From: Paracoccaceae bacterium
GTDB taxonomy: Bacteria > Pseudomonadota > Alphaproteobacteria > Rhodobacterales > Rhodobacteraceae
DNA: 64,000 nucleotides
Assembly (NCBI GenBank): GCA_014872875.1
Contig: WKFI01000007.1
Location: forward strand, 176,495 to 240,494
Direction: 5' to 3'
Part shown: piece after piece, positions 48,906 through 58,080 of the stretch
Layout of the letters: each line of letters opens with the position of its first letter
Position numbering within the stretch: position 1 is the stretch's first letter
Position numbers and translations under genes: made by a program
Notes under the pieces: model-generated
The model's database searches: none
What the model saw: only the letters and a program-made list of their open reading frames with translations
Told to the model about the DNA's origin: nothing

Positions 48906-49525
48906 GTGCTCTGCTCCGGGGCCAAGGCCAGTCCTGTCCCGATCATCGAATCGCGGGTCACCAGCCTGGCCAGTTGCTCCACCTCCAGATCCTCTGTGCC
49001 TTCCGGGCGCATGGGAAGGACCAGGTACCGAACTTCGGCCGTCGAATCCCACACTCTGACGGCTGTGTCCTCGGGCAAGGTTACACCGAACTCTGCCAGA
49101 ACCTTGCGGGGCTCCCGCACTGTACGGGCGCGATAGGCATCGGATTTGTACCAGCCCGGCGGGATGCCCAGCAGAGGCCACGGGTAGCAGCTGCACAGGG
49201 TGCAGACGACCATGTTGTGTAGCTCAGGCGTATTCTCGACCGCGACGATATGTTCACCCTGACGACCGTAGAACCCCATGTCGGCAACAACCGACGTGGC
49301 GTCGTCCAGCAACCGCGACTTGAAATCGGGGTCGGACCAGGCCTGCGCCACCACCTGAGCGCCATTTTTGGGACCGATACGATTCTGGTATGTGTCGATT
49401 ATTTCGTCCAGCGCCGCCGGGTCCACCAATCCCTTGCGGGTGAGAATCGTTTCAAGCGCCTTGACGCGCAAGGCAGGCTCGGGCGGCAGCAAGGCGTGCG
49501 GGTGGTCATGATCATCATGGGGCAT
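48902..49525 (-). CDS. nthA: Nitrile hydratase alpha subunit, cobalt type
   Basis: ATG 49525. The metal-binding motif [10 protein letters not shown] (Thr/Tyr variant) indicates the Co-type. Confidence 0.9.
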   Translation of the reverse strand: MPHDDHDHPHALLPPEPALRVKALETILTRKGLVDPAALDEIIDTYQNRIGPKNGAQVVAQAWSDPDFKSRLLDDATSVVADMGFYGRQGEHIVAVENTPELHNMVVCTLCSCYPWPLLGIPPGWYKSDAYRARTVREPRKVLAEFGVTLPEDTAVRVWDSTAEVRYLVLPMRPEGTEDLEVEQLARLVTRDSMIGTGLALAPEQST

Positions 49526-49684
49526 GAAGGAAATAGTGCCGCCGCCCTGCCCCGCCTGTCCAGCCCCTTTTGTCCAGAGCGCCTGAAGCAGGGACGAGGT
49601 AGAACTCCTCCCTTGCCCTGCCGGGCAAACTTGCATACATACCGCCCGTCAGTCAGCCAAACGCCGCAGGATCAGCAGGTTCAT

Positions 49685-50059
49685 ATGGAAAACGTCGTTC
49701 TCATCATCCACCTTCTTCTGGCTCTGGGCCTGATCGCCGTCGTTTTGATGCAGCGATCCGAGGGCGGTGGACTGGGCATGGGCGGTGGCGGTGGCGGTGG
49801 CGTCATGAGCGGTCGTGCGGCAGCAACAGCCCTGGGCAAGGTAACCTGGGTTCTTGCTGCAGCTTTCATTGTGACCTCGATCACCCTGACCATCATTGCG
49901 GCGCAGAAATCGGCTGGCAGCTCGGTCATTGACCGTCTGGGCGTTCCGGCACCGGCAGAAAGCACGACTGAGAGCGACACGCCGGTTGTACCTTCGGGCG
50001 ACAGCCTGTTGCCGCCCGCTGAAGGTGACAACGCACCGCTGGTGCCACGCGCCGACTGA
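49685..50059 (+). CDS. secG: Preprotein translocase subunit SecG
   Basis: ATG 49685 (MENVVLIIHLLLALGLIAVVLMQRSEGGGLG...). Two TM helices and a Gly-rich loop. Confidence 0.85.
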   Translation: MENVVLIIHLLLALGLIAVVLMQRSEGGGLGMGGGGGGGVMSGRAAATALGKVTWVLAAAFIVTSITLTIIAAQKSAGSSVIDRLGVPAPAESTTESDTPVVPSGDSLLPPAEGDNAPLVPRAD

Positions 50060-50083
50060 CCACTACAAATTGCTAACTGGTAT

Positions 50084-50110
50084 GGAACCGCAACAGCATC
50101 TTGCGGTTCC
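50084..50110 (+). terminator. Hairpin downstream of secG
   Basis: GGAACCGCAA-CAGCATC-TTGCGGTTCC, a 10-bp perfect stem followed by a weak T tract (CTTGCG). Confidence 0.45.
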
Positions 50111-50253
50111 CTTGCGCATGTTGTGCAAAATCGTTATATACTAAAGTCCCGTGATGCTGCGGTTTTGCGAGAGATTCGTGTACCGACCGGGCAGCAGTAA
50201 TCCGATCCTGATCGCCAGCCGATCATAACGTTCACGGGGGCAGCCGAACACTC

Positions 50254-51897
50254 ATGGCGCGTTTCATCTTCATCACCGGTGGTGTGGTATCATCCTTGGG
50301 CAAGGGACTGGCCTCGGCCGCTTTGGGCGCCCTGCTGCAGGCGCGCGGCTACTCGGTCCGCCTGCGCAAGTTGGATCCATATCTGAACGTCGATCCCGGC
50401 ACCATGTCGCCTTTTGAACATGGCGAGGTGTTCGTCACCGATGATGGCGCGGAAACCGACCTGGACCTTGGCCATTATGAACGGTTTACTGGCGTTCCCG
50501 CGCGCAAGACCGACTCGGTTTCGTCAGGTCGGATCTATTCCAACGTGCTGGAGAAGGAACGCCGCGGCGATTACCTGGGCAAGACCATCCAAGTGGTTCC
50601 TCACGTCACTAACGAGATCAAAGACTTCATCTCGATCGGTGAAGATGAAGTAGATTTCATGCTGTGCGAGATCGGCGGTACCGTTGGCGACATCGAGGGC
50701 CTTCCGTTTTTCGAAGCCATCCGCCAGTTCAGCCACGACAAGCCACGCGGTCAGTGCCTGTTCATGCACCTGACCCTTCTGCCCTATCTGGCAGCGTCAG
50801 GCGAGTTGAAAACCAAACCGACCCAGCACTCGGTCAAGGAGCTGCAATCCATCGGGATCGCCCCAGACATTCTGGTCTGTCGCTCGGAACAACCGATCCC
50901 GGACAAGGAACGCGAGAAAATCGCGCTGTTCTGCAACGTCCGGAAAGAGGCCGTCGTGGCCGCTTATGATCTGAACTCGATTTACGAGGCGCCCCTTGCC
51001 TATCACGAGCAGGGTCTCGATCAGGCCGTTCTGGACGCCTTTAACATCTCGCCCGCCCCAAAGCCCGACCTGTCCGTCTGGGACGACGTGAAAGACCGCA
51101 TTCACAACACCGACGGTGAGGTGAACGTGGCCATTGTAGGCAAATACACGCAGCTGGAAGACGCCTATAAGTCGATCAAGGAAGCCCTGACACATGGCGG
51201 CATGGCCAACCGGGTCAAGGTGAACGTCTCCTGGGTGGATGCCGAAGTGTTTGACCAAAGCGACGCTGCCCCGCATCTGGAAGGCTTCCATGCGATCCTC
51301 GTGCCGGGTGGCTTTGGTGAACGCGGCACCGAAGGCAAAATCAAGGCCGCCGAATTCGCCCGCACCCGCAAGATCCCCTATCTGGGTATCTGTCTGGGGA
51401 TGCAAATGGCCGTGATCGAGGCCGCGCGCAACGTGGCGGGCATCAAGACCGCAGGGTCCGAGGAATTTGACCACGAATCTGGCAAGAAGCGCTTTGAACC
51501 GGTGGTCTATCACCTGAAAGAATGGGTGCAGGGCAACCACACCGTGCAGCGCAAGGCCAATGACAACAAGGGCGGCACCATGCGCCTTGGCGCCTATGAT
51601 GCAGCGCTGGCCGAAGGCTCGAACGTGGCCAGTGTCTATGGCTCGACGGCCATCGAAGAACGCCACCGCCACCGCTATGAGGTGGACATCAAATACCGCG
51701 AGAAACTGGAAGCGGCAGGGCTGAGATTCTCCGGAATGTCACCCGATGGCCGCCTGCCCGAGATCGTGGAATGGACCGATCACCCCTGGTTTATCGGCGT
51801 TCAGTACCACCCCGAGCTGAAATCGAAACCGTTCGAACCTCATCCGCTGTTCGCTGACTTCGTCCGCGCCGCGAAAGAGACCTCGCGCTTGGTGTGA
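50254..51897 (+). CDS. pyrG: CTP synthase
   Basis: 547 aa. [19 protein letters not shown]-terminus and C-terminal GATase with GICLGMQ. Confidence 0.97.
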   Translation: MARFIFITGGVVSSLGKGLASAALGALLQARGYSVRLRKLDPYLNVDPGTMSPFEHGEVFVTDDGAETDLDLGHYERFTGVPARKTDSVSSGRIYSNVLEKERRGDYLGKTIQVVPHVTNEIKDFISIGEDEVDFMLCEIGGTVGDIEGLPFFEAIRQFSHDKPRGQCLFMHLTLLPYLAASGELKTKPTQHSVKELQSIGIAPDILVCRSEQPIPDKEREKIALFCNVRKEAVVAAYDLNSIYEAPLAYHEQGLDQAVLDAFNISPAPKPDLSVWDDVKDRIHNTDGEVNVAIVGKYTQLEDAYKSIKEALTHGGMANRVKVNVSWVDAEVFDQSDAAPHLEGFHAILVPGGFGERGTEGKIKAAEFARTRKIPYLGICLGMQMAVIEAARNVAGIKTAGSEEFDHESGKKRFEPVVYHLKEWVQGNHTVQRKANDNKGGTMRLGAYDAALAEGSNVASVYGSTAIEERHRHRYEVDIKYREKLEAAGLRFSGMSPDGRLPEIVEWTDHPWFIGVQYHPELKSKPFEPHPLFADFVRAAKETSRLV

Positions 51898-52131
51898 TCC
51901 TGTTGCTGGGATGGAGGACCGGGGGCAGACCTCTTGGTCCTTCAGACCAAATCAATCCCAACAAGATGAATGGGAGCCGCGGCCGGAGCTCCGGGCGCGA
52001 AAGGCGCCACAAGGATTGGTTGCTCTGCCCGCGCCCATCACCGCGCGCCGGAAAGTCGGCCGCCGGGATTGCCTTTGGGTGCAATCTGCGACAGCTTGGC
52101 AAAAAAAGGACCACGAGGGGAGACCGTGACA

Positions 52132-52425
52132 ATGCCCAAAGGATATTGGGTTGCCCATGTCGATGTGAATGACATGGAGCGCTACAAGATTTACATCGAA
52201 GCCAATGCTGCTCCTTTTGCCGAATATGGTGCCAAATTCCTTGTCCGTGGCGGCGCCAAGGAGATCCGTGAGGGTCATTTGCGAGCCCGTACGGTCGTGT
52301 TGGAATTCAAGGATTTCGAAACGGCGAAAGCGTGCTACGACAGCGTGTCCTACCAAGACGCCAAAGCGCTTCGGGACCCGGTCTCCACCGGGGACATGGA
52401 AATCATCGAAGGCTACGACGGGTAG
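52132..52425 (+). CDS. DUF1330-like small protein
   Basis: ATG 52132 with GAGGGGAG upstream. 97 aa, MPKGYWVAHVDVNDMERYKIY... dimeric alpha-beta-barrel-like family (from memory). Confidence 0.6.
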   Translation: MPKGYWVAHVDVNDMERYKIYIEANAAPFAEYGAKFLVRGGAKEIREGHLRARTVVLEFKDFETAKACYDSVSYQDAKALRDPVSTGDMEIIEGYDG

Positions 52426-52467
52426 TCAGCGCTTGGACAAACACAAAATGTGGGGTAAACTGGACCC

Positions 52468-52914
52468 ATGCTGAAGAAATTCTTCCAAGCCTTCCGACCG
52501 GAAAAGCCCAGCGCTCTGCCTGATCCCGACGCCGAACTGGCCCTTGGAGCACTGTTGGTACGCGTGGCGCAATCCGACCGAGATTATCAGGTCGAGGAGA
52601 TCAGCCTGATCGACAGAATTCTGGCGCGCTTGTACCAGCACAACGCCATCGAAGCCGCCAAAGTTCGCGCAACGTGCGAAAGATTGCACGCCGCCGCTCC
52701 CGAAACCGATACTTTTGGCAAATTGATCCGAGAAACCACCGGTCTTGAAGAACGCCTCGCGGCTTTGGACGCGCTGTGGGAGGTTGTCGTTGCCGACGGC
52801 GAGGAAAAGGAAGGCGAGTTGCGCATTGTCGAAGACGCCCGCAAAGCAATGGGCCTCAGCTATGCAGACAGCCAGACCGCCAGGACCCGTGCTGTTGCTA
52901 AATACCAGAACTGA
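52468..52914 (+). CDS. TerB-family (tellurite-resistance-like) protein, paralog 1
   Basis: 148 aa. ALLVRVAQSDRDYQVEEISLIDR ... ALWEVVVADGEEKEGELRIVE. Confidence 0.6.
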   Translation: MLKKFFQAFRPEKPSALPDPDAELALGALLVRVAQSDRDYQVEEISLIDRILARLYQHNAIEAAKVRATCERLHAAAPETDTFGKLIRETTGLEERLAALDALWEVVVADGEEKEGELRIVEDARKAMGLSYADSQTARTRAVAKYQN

Positions 52915-52999
52915 TCAGTTGTTGGACCGACGTCAAAGATGCGATGAAACCGCCAAGTTTCACCCTTGGCGCGAAGGCTGAAACGGCTACTATCGCATA

Positions 53000-53440
53000 A
53001 TGATCACCGAATTTCTGTCCCGTCTGCTGCAGCCGAATCCCGCGCCACTTGCGGATTCCGATGCGCGTCTCGCCCTGACTGCCTTGTTGGTTCGCATCGC
53101 GCGGTCCGACCACAATTATGCTGCGGTTGAACAGGACCGGATCGACCGCATTACAATGGCACGCTACGGGTTGGACATAGGTGGCGCCGCTCTGCTTCGC
53201 GAGGAAGCCGAGGCGCTGGAAACCGAAGCCCCCGACACCGTGCGATTTACCCGCGCAATCAAGGATGCCGTCGCCTACGAAGACCGGACCGCCGTGGTTG
53301 AAGCTCTTTGGCAGGTCGCCCTTGCCGACGGGCACCGTGAGGCCGAAGAGGACGCATTGCTGCGACTGGCAACCAACCTGTTGGGCATCAGTGACATGGA
53401 TAGCGCCACTGTGCGCAAACGGGTGGAAAGCCAACAATGA
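53000..53440 (+). CDS. TerB-family protein, paralog 2
   Basis: 146 aa, same motif layout as the upstream gene (ALLVRIARSDHNYAAVEQDRIDR ... ALWQVALADGHREAEEDALL). Confidence 0.6.
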   Translation: MITEFLSRLLQPNPAPLADSDARLALTALLVRIARSDHNYAAVEQDRIDRITMARYGLDIGGAALLREEAEALETEAPDTVRFTRAIKDAVAYEDRTAVVEALWQVALADGHREAEEDALLRLATNLLGISDMDSATVRKRVESQQ

Positions 53441-54174
53441 TCGCACATCTGGGGATGTATGACCGCGAGGAGACCGCCGCGGCCAATGACCGGTTTTGGG
53501 CAGCGATCCGGAACCGATTGGGCGCTGGCCCGGATCACCTGACCCGCGATGCGGATTTCTGGGACGTCTGGCAATCTCCCGATCTGCTGTTTTCTCAGAC
53601 ATGTGGGATGCCGTATCGTACCCGGTTGCATGGCAAAGTTGCCTTGATCGGCACACCGGATTACGGGCTGCCGGGTTGTCCACCCGGGCATTACGCCAGC
53701 GTTTTTGTCGCAAGACGGGAAGACGCCGGCTCCTTGGACCAGTTCTCCGGCCGTCGTTTTGCCTATAACGAAGCGCTGTCGCAATCCGGCTGGGCCGCGC
53801 CAACCACACATATGCGCGAAAAATCCATTGCATTTGGTGATCTTGTCCCCACAGGGGGACACCTGCTCTCGGCCAAGGCCGTTGCAGAGGGTCTGGCAGA
53901 CTTTGCCGCGCTTGACGGGCTGACCTGGGAAATGATCCGCCGATATGATGGATTGGCTGCTGATCTGGTGGAAATTGAGCGAACCAAGCCTACGCCAACC
54001 CTTCCCTTCATCACGGCCTTGGGACGGGATACGGACCGATTGTTTTCTGCCATCGCAGAGGCCATTTCTGATCTGGCGCCAGACGACAAAGAAACCCTGC
54101 ATCTGAAAGGCATGATCCGGATCCCGGCGGAAGAATATTTGGCTGTACCGACACCTGAGCCGCCTGCGACCTGA
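53437..54174 (+). CDS. PhnD/SsuA-like periplasmic-binding-fold protein without a signal peptide
   Basis: 245 aa. The start overlaps the TerB-2 stop (ATGA). The family assignment is from memory (phosphonate-bd-like). No hydrophobic N-terminus. Confidence 0.5.
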   Translation: MIAHLGMYDREETAAANDRFWAAIRNRLGAGPDHLTRDADFWDVWQSPDLLFSQTCGMPYRTRLHGKVALIGTPDYGLPGCPPGHYASVFVARREDAGSLDQFSGRRFAYNEALSQSGWAAPTTHMREKSIAFGDLVPTGGHLLSAKAVAEGLADFAALDGLTWEMIRRYDGLAADLVEIERTKPTPTLPFITALGRDTDRLFSAIAEAISDLAPDDKETLHLKGMIRIPAEEYLAVPTPEPPAT

Positions 54175-54317
54175 CGGTTTAACCTGCTGGCAAATGGAAT
54201 CAGATGTTAATGCCGACCCCGATTACCCTGATGGCGCCGACCAATTGACGCAGCGGCAAGTTCCGCAATGGCGCATTTGCCCGTCACTCTGGCGGAAATC
54301 ACCCTTGGTCATCCGGA

Positions 54318-55178
54318 TTGAATGTTGCTTTGGCCCAAAATTTCGGTCCAATAGAGGCCCTGAGAGAGAGCGAAACAGCGATACTGCCCTTGCCCGACAC
54401 AAAGTCCGACACACCGCCCGTCCTACAAATCCGCGGCCTGCACAAAGCTTACGGTGATCTCGAGGTCATTAAAGGCGTCGACATAACCGCGCACCGGGGG
54501 GATGTCGTGTCCCTGATCGGATCGTCGGGTTCCGGCAAGTCGACGCTTCTGCGTTGCTGCAATCTGCTGGAAGACAGTCAACAAGGCGACATCCTGTTCA
54601 AGGGTGAACCGGTGACCTGGAAAGGGGCCGGATTGGCGCGCCATCCGGGAGACGCCAAACAGGTCATCCGTATCCGCACCAACCTGAGCATGGTGTTCCA
54701 GCAGTTCAATCTTTGGGCCCATATGACGATTCTGCAAAACGTCATGGAAGCCCCTGTCACCGTGTTGGGGCGCGACAAGGACGAGGTCGAAAAATCCGCT
54801 CGTATGTATCTGGAAAAGGTGGGCATCGGTGACAAATGTGATGTCTATCCGGCGCAACTGTCCGGTGGTCAACAGCAACGCGCGGCCATCGCCCGCGCGC
54901 TCTGCATGGAACCCGAAGCACTGCTGTTCGACGAACCGACCTCGGCGTTGGATCCGGAGCTGGAACAGGAAGTGATCAAGGTGATCAAGGATCTGGCCAC
55001 CGAAGGACGGACCATGCTGATCGTGACCCATGACATGAAACTGGCTGCCGATGTGTCCAGCCATGTCATCTTCCTGCATCAGGGCCTGATCGAAGAGGAG
55101 GGCACGCCCGACGACGTGTTCACCAACACGTCATCTCAGCGGCTCCAGCAATTTCTGTCGTCCACGCGGCAGCATTGA
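54318..55178 (+). CDS. Polar amino-acid/opine-type ABC transporter ATP-binding protein
   Basis: Walker A GSSGSGKST, signature LSGGQQQR, Walker B LLFDEPTSALD. The start is uncertain: TTG 54318, with no in-frame ATG before Walker A. Confidence 0.9.
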   Translation: MNVALAQNFGPIEALRESETAILPLPDTKSDTPPVLQIRGLHKAYGDLEVIKGVDITAHRGDVVSLIGSSGSGKSTLLRCCNLLEDSQQGDILFKGEPVTWKGAGLARHPGDAKQVIRIRTNLSMVFQQFNLWAHMTILQNVMEAPVTVLGRDKDEVEKSARMYLEKVGIGDKCDVYPAQLSGGQQQRAAIARALCMEPEALLFDEPTSALDPELEQEVIKVIKDLATEGRTMLIVTHDMKLAADVSSHVIFLHQGLIEEEGTPDDVFTNTSSQRLQQFLSSTRQH

Positions 55179-55266
55179 CCGGTAACGGGGTCTGCTCCGT
55201 TACCAAACATCGGTCCGCGGGGACCGGATAAAAACCGCAAAAAGAACCAAGAACGGGAGAAACATC

Positions 55267-55974
55267 ATGAAGAAACTGATCCTCGGCACCGCCGCACTGG
55301 CGCTGACCGCAGGTATGGCGTTTGCCGATACCGTGCGGATGGGCACCGAAGGCGCCTATGCTCCGTGGAACTTCGTCAACGACGCCGGCGAAATCGACGG
55401 GTTCGAGCGTGAACTGGGAGACGAGCTGTGCAAGCGTGCCGGTCTGACCTGTGAATGGGTCAAGAACGACTGGGATTCGATCATTCCGAACCTTGTGTCG
55501 GGTAACTACGATACCATCATTGCGGGCATGTCGATCACCGATGAACGTGACGAAGTCATCGACTTCACCCAACCCTACACTCCGCCAGACCCGTCCGCTT
55601 ATGTCGCCTTGTCGGCTGATGTGGATCTGGAAGGCGGCGTTGTAACCGCACAGGCCAACACCATTCAGGCGGCCTTTATTGCGGAAAAGGGCTGGACCCT
55701 GGTCGAATTCGCAACTCCGGAAGAAACCGTTGCCGCCGTGCGCAATGGCGAAGCTGACGCAGTTCTGGCGGACAAGAGCTTCCTTGATACCGTGGTCGGC
55801 GATGGCCTTGTCATGCTGGAGCGGATGGAAGCCATCGGCGGTGGCGTGGGCATGGGTCTGCGCGAATCCGATGGAGAGTTGCGCGGCAAGTTCGACGCAG
55901 CCATCCAGTCGATGAAAGACGACGGTTCACTGAACGAGCTGATTGCCAAGTGGGAAGTCTCGTCCCAGTGGTAA
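55267..55974 (+). CDS. Polar amino-acid ABC transporter substrate-binding protein (HisJ/ArgT/opine family)
   Basis: Signal peptide MKKLILGTAALALTAGMAFA. Mature part TEGAYAPWNF...DGFERELGDELCKRAGL...WDSIIPNL...YDTIIAGMSITDER. Confidence 0.85.
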   Translation: MKKLILGTAALALTAGMAFADTVRMGTEGAYAPWNFVNDAGEIDGFERELGDELCKRAGLTCEWVKNDWDSIIPNLVSGNYDTIIAGMSITDERDEVIDFTQPYTPPDPSAYVALSADVDLEGGVVTAQANTIQAAFIAEKGWTLVEFATPEETVAAVRNGEADAVLADKSFLDTVVGDGLVMLERMEAIGGGVGMGLRESDGELRGKFDAAIQSMKDDGSLNELIAKWEVSSQW

Positions 55975-56106
55975 GCCGATCAGCGGCAATCTGATCCTTC
56001 ACGGGATCTGCAGGCCCGCAGCATCACAGCGCGGGCCTGTATTGTAAGCTACCAACCTGGTTCGTCGCCTTTGGGCCGGGTTCAAGACACGGGGACAAGA
56101 GGGCCC

Positions 56107-56994
56107 ATGTTTTCCTATTGTACCGATCCTTCGCAGCTTGAGGGACTGACTTGGCTCAGCTGCTATTTGACGACCGGCAAACATGCCGGGCTCTATGTCT
56201 CCGTCTTTACTGTTCTGCTTTTGCTGGCCGTGACGGCGCCAACAGCGCTTGTCTTCGGGTTTGCGGGAGCAAGCGCGGCCCGATCCCGCATCGCTCCGCT
56301 GCGCTGGTTGGGCAAAAGCTACACCGCGATCGTGCGCGGTGTGCCCGATATCGCGTTTTTCCTGTTCTTCGTGATTGCCCTGGACCAGGGCTTTGAATGG
56401 CTGCGCCATCAGGTGAAATGCCCGGATTGGACGGATCCGATCCGGCAGGGAAATGATTTTGTCGTCTGTGATGCGGCCAAGCTGCCATTGTCCACCGCAC
56501 CGCAATGGATCCACGAATCCTATGCGTTTGTATTGGCGGTACTGACCTTTGCCATCGTGTTCGGCGCCTTTGCCGCCAATGTGCTCTACGGCGGTATGCG
56601 CGCGGTACCGCGGGCACAGCTGGAAACGGCCGAGGCCTATGGTATGACCCCTCGCCAGACCTTCTGGCGCATCCTTGTGCCCCAGATGTGGATTTATGCC
56701 CTTCCGGGCCTGTCAAACCTGTGGATGGTGCTGATCAAGGCGACACCGCTTCTGTTCCTTCTGGGGATCGAAGACATCGTGTACTGGGCCCGTGAATTGG
56801 GCGGCACCAAGAATGCGAAGTTCACTGACTACCCGCATGGCGACTGGCGCATCTGGTATTTCCTGTTCTTGCTGGTTTTCTATCTGGCCTTCACCCGGGT
56901 GTCCGAGATCGTTCTGGAGCGCCTGACCGTGCGTCTGTCGCGCGGTCAGGCCACTGCGGCAGGTGAAAAACTGCGCAAGGAGGTCCAGGCATGA
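56107..56994 (+). CDS. ABC transporter permease (HisQ/OccQ-like)
   Basis: ATG 56107. Polytopic, with an EAA-like loop ETAEAYGMTPRQTFWRILVPQM. Confidence 0.85.
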   Translation: MFSYCTDPSQLEGLTWLSCYLTTGKHAGLYVSVFTVLLLLAVTAPTALVFGFAGASAARSRIAPLRWLGKSYTAIVRGVPDIAFFLFFVIALDQGFEWLRHQVKCPDWTDPIRQGNDFVVCDAAKLPLSTAPQWIHESYAFVLAVLTFAIVFGAFAANVLYGGMRAVPRAQLETAEAYGMTPRQTFWRILVPQMWIYALPGLSNLWMVLIKATPLLFLLGIEDIVYWARELGGTKNAKFTDYPHGDWRIWYFLFLLVFYLAFTRVSEIVLERLTVRLSRGQATAAGEKLRKEVQA

Positions 56995-57797
56995 GCTGTC
57001 TCGAGACCATCCAGGATTATGCCCTGCGCTCCATCGGCATCGGCGAGCGCCTGCTGCCGAAAGGCGACTATACCTTGTGCGAGCACTTCACCCTGATCGG
57101 CTCAGGGATGATCTGGAACATCTATTTCGGGGTGATGGCACTGGGATTCGGCTTCTTCTTTGCCGTGGCATTGGCCGTGGGCAAGGCCTCCAACAACAGA
57201 TGGATCCGCAAGCCGGCGGAATGGTTCATCTTCATCTTCCGCGGCTCGCCGCTGTTCATCCAGTTCTTCTTTGCCTATTTCCTGTTCCTGAGCCTCAAAC
57301 AGGTCCATCCGGTGTTCGACCCGTTCACCGCTGCCTGGTTGGGGGCGTTGATCGTGTTGTTCATGAACACAGCCGCCTATTCGGGCGAGATCTTTTATGG
57401 TGCACTTCGTTCGATCCCCAAAGGAGACAACGAAGCTGCCGACGCCTATGGTCTGACCGGTTGGATGCGGTTCCGACGCATCCAGTTCCCGACCATGATG
57501 CGCCTGGCCTGGCCGGCTTACACGAACGAGGCAATCTTTCTGTTCCATGCGACGACGCTGGTGTTCTTTTCTGCCTTTCCGGCTTGGCGGCAGAAGGGCG
57601 ACGCGTTGTATTATGCAAGTTACTTTGCCGACAAAACGTTCAATCCCTTCATCCCTTACCCGATCCTGGCGTTCTATTTCATCCTGCTGACGCTGGTGAT
57701 CGTGGGCCTGTTCGGGCTGGTCAACAAACGTCTGAATCGCCACCTACCGCAGGAACGCCGGTCGAAGATGCGTTTCCGCCCCAATATCATCCGCTGA
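56991..57797 (+). CDS. ABC transporter permease (HisM/OccM-like)
   Basis: 268 aa. 4-nt overlap with the preceding permease. EAA-like loop NEAADAYGLTGWMRFRRIQFPTM. Confidence 0.85.
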   Translation: MSCLETIQDYALRSIGIGERLLPKGDYTLCEHFTLIGSGMIWNIYFGVMALGFGFFFAVALAVGKASNNRWIRKPAEWFIFIFRGSPLFIQFFFAYFLFLSLKQVHPVFDPFTAAWLGALIVLFMNTAAYSGEIFYGALRSIPKGDNEAADAYGLTGWMRFRRIQFPTMMRLAWPAYTNEAIFLFHATTLVFFSAFPAWRQKGDALYYASYFADKTFNPFIPYPILAFYFILLTLVIVGLFGLVNKRLNRHLPQERRSKMRFRPNIIR

Positions 57798-57870
57798 GCC
57801 GGATCCTGAATGCGGGGTGCTCCCGCCGCTTCCAAGGCCACGTTATGCGTGGCCTTTCACGGTTGGGCCC

Positions 57871-57955
57871 GGCAGCGCCTGCGGCGCTGATGAGGGTCGC
57901 TGCCCCTCTGCCCCTGCGGGGCATTCACCCCGAGATATTTTCGACCAGAAAGAAG
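57871..57955 (+). repeat. Most complete copy of the intergenic repeat family
   Basis: GGCAGCGCC-TGC-GGCGCTG hairpin, then CTGCCCCTCTGCC, a CCCC-TGC-GGGG hairpin, then CATTCACCCCGAGATATTTTCGACCAGAAAGAAG. It lies after the ABC operon and a separate AAGGCCACG-TTATG-CGTGGCCTT hairpin (57833-57855). Confidence 0.5.
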
Positions 57956-58010
57956 TCAAACCAGCAAAAAGCTCGATTGATCACATGCAGGATTCAGGGT
58001 CGCGCAATAA

Positions 58011-58020
58011 TTTGATCAAA
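58011..58020. promoter_or_regulatory. TTTGATCAAA palindrome upstream of the first GS-like gene (candidate operator)
   Basis: Perfect 10-bp palindrome 61 nt upstream of ATG 58081. It is flanked by related half-sites ATTGATCA (57976-57983) and ATTGATGA (58022-58029). Confidence 0.35.
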
Positions 58021-58080
58021 AATTGATGACAAGCAGATCTGGCTCCGTTACATCTTTGGCGAGATCAATGGAGCCCCAAA

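Noticed and set aside
51898-52131. The pyrG-DUF1330 spacer with the CCGGAGCTCCGG palindrome, a GGCGC-GAAAG-GCGCC hairpin and a CCAACAAGATGAATGGG string weakly similar to the repeat-family 3' module.
   Set aside because: The similarity to the repeat family is too weak to count as a copy, and the hairpins are short. There is no supporting context for an sRNA.
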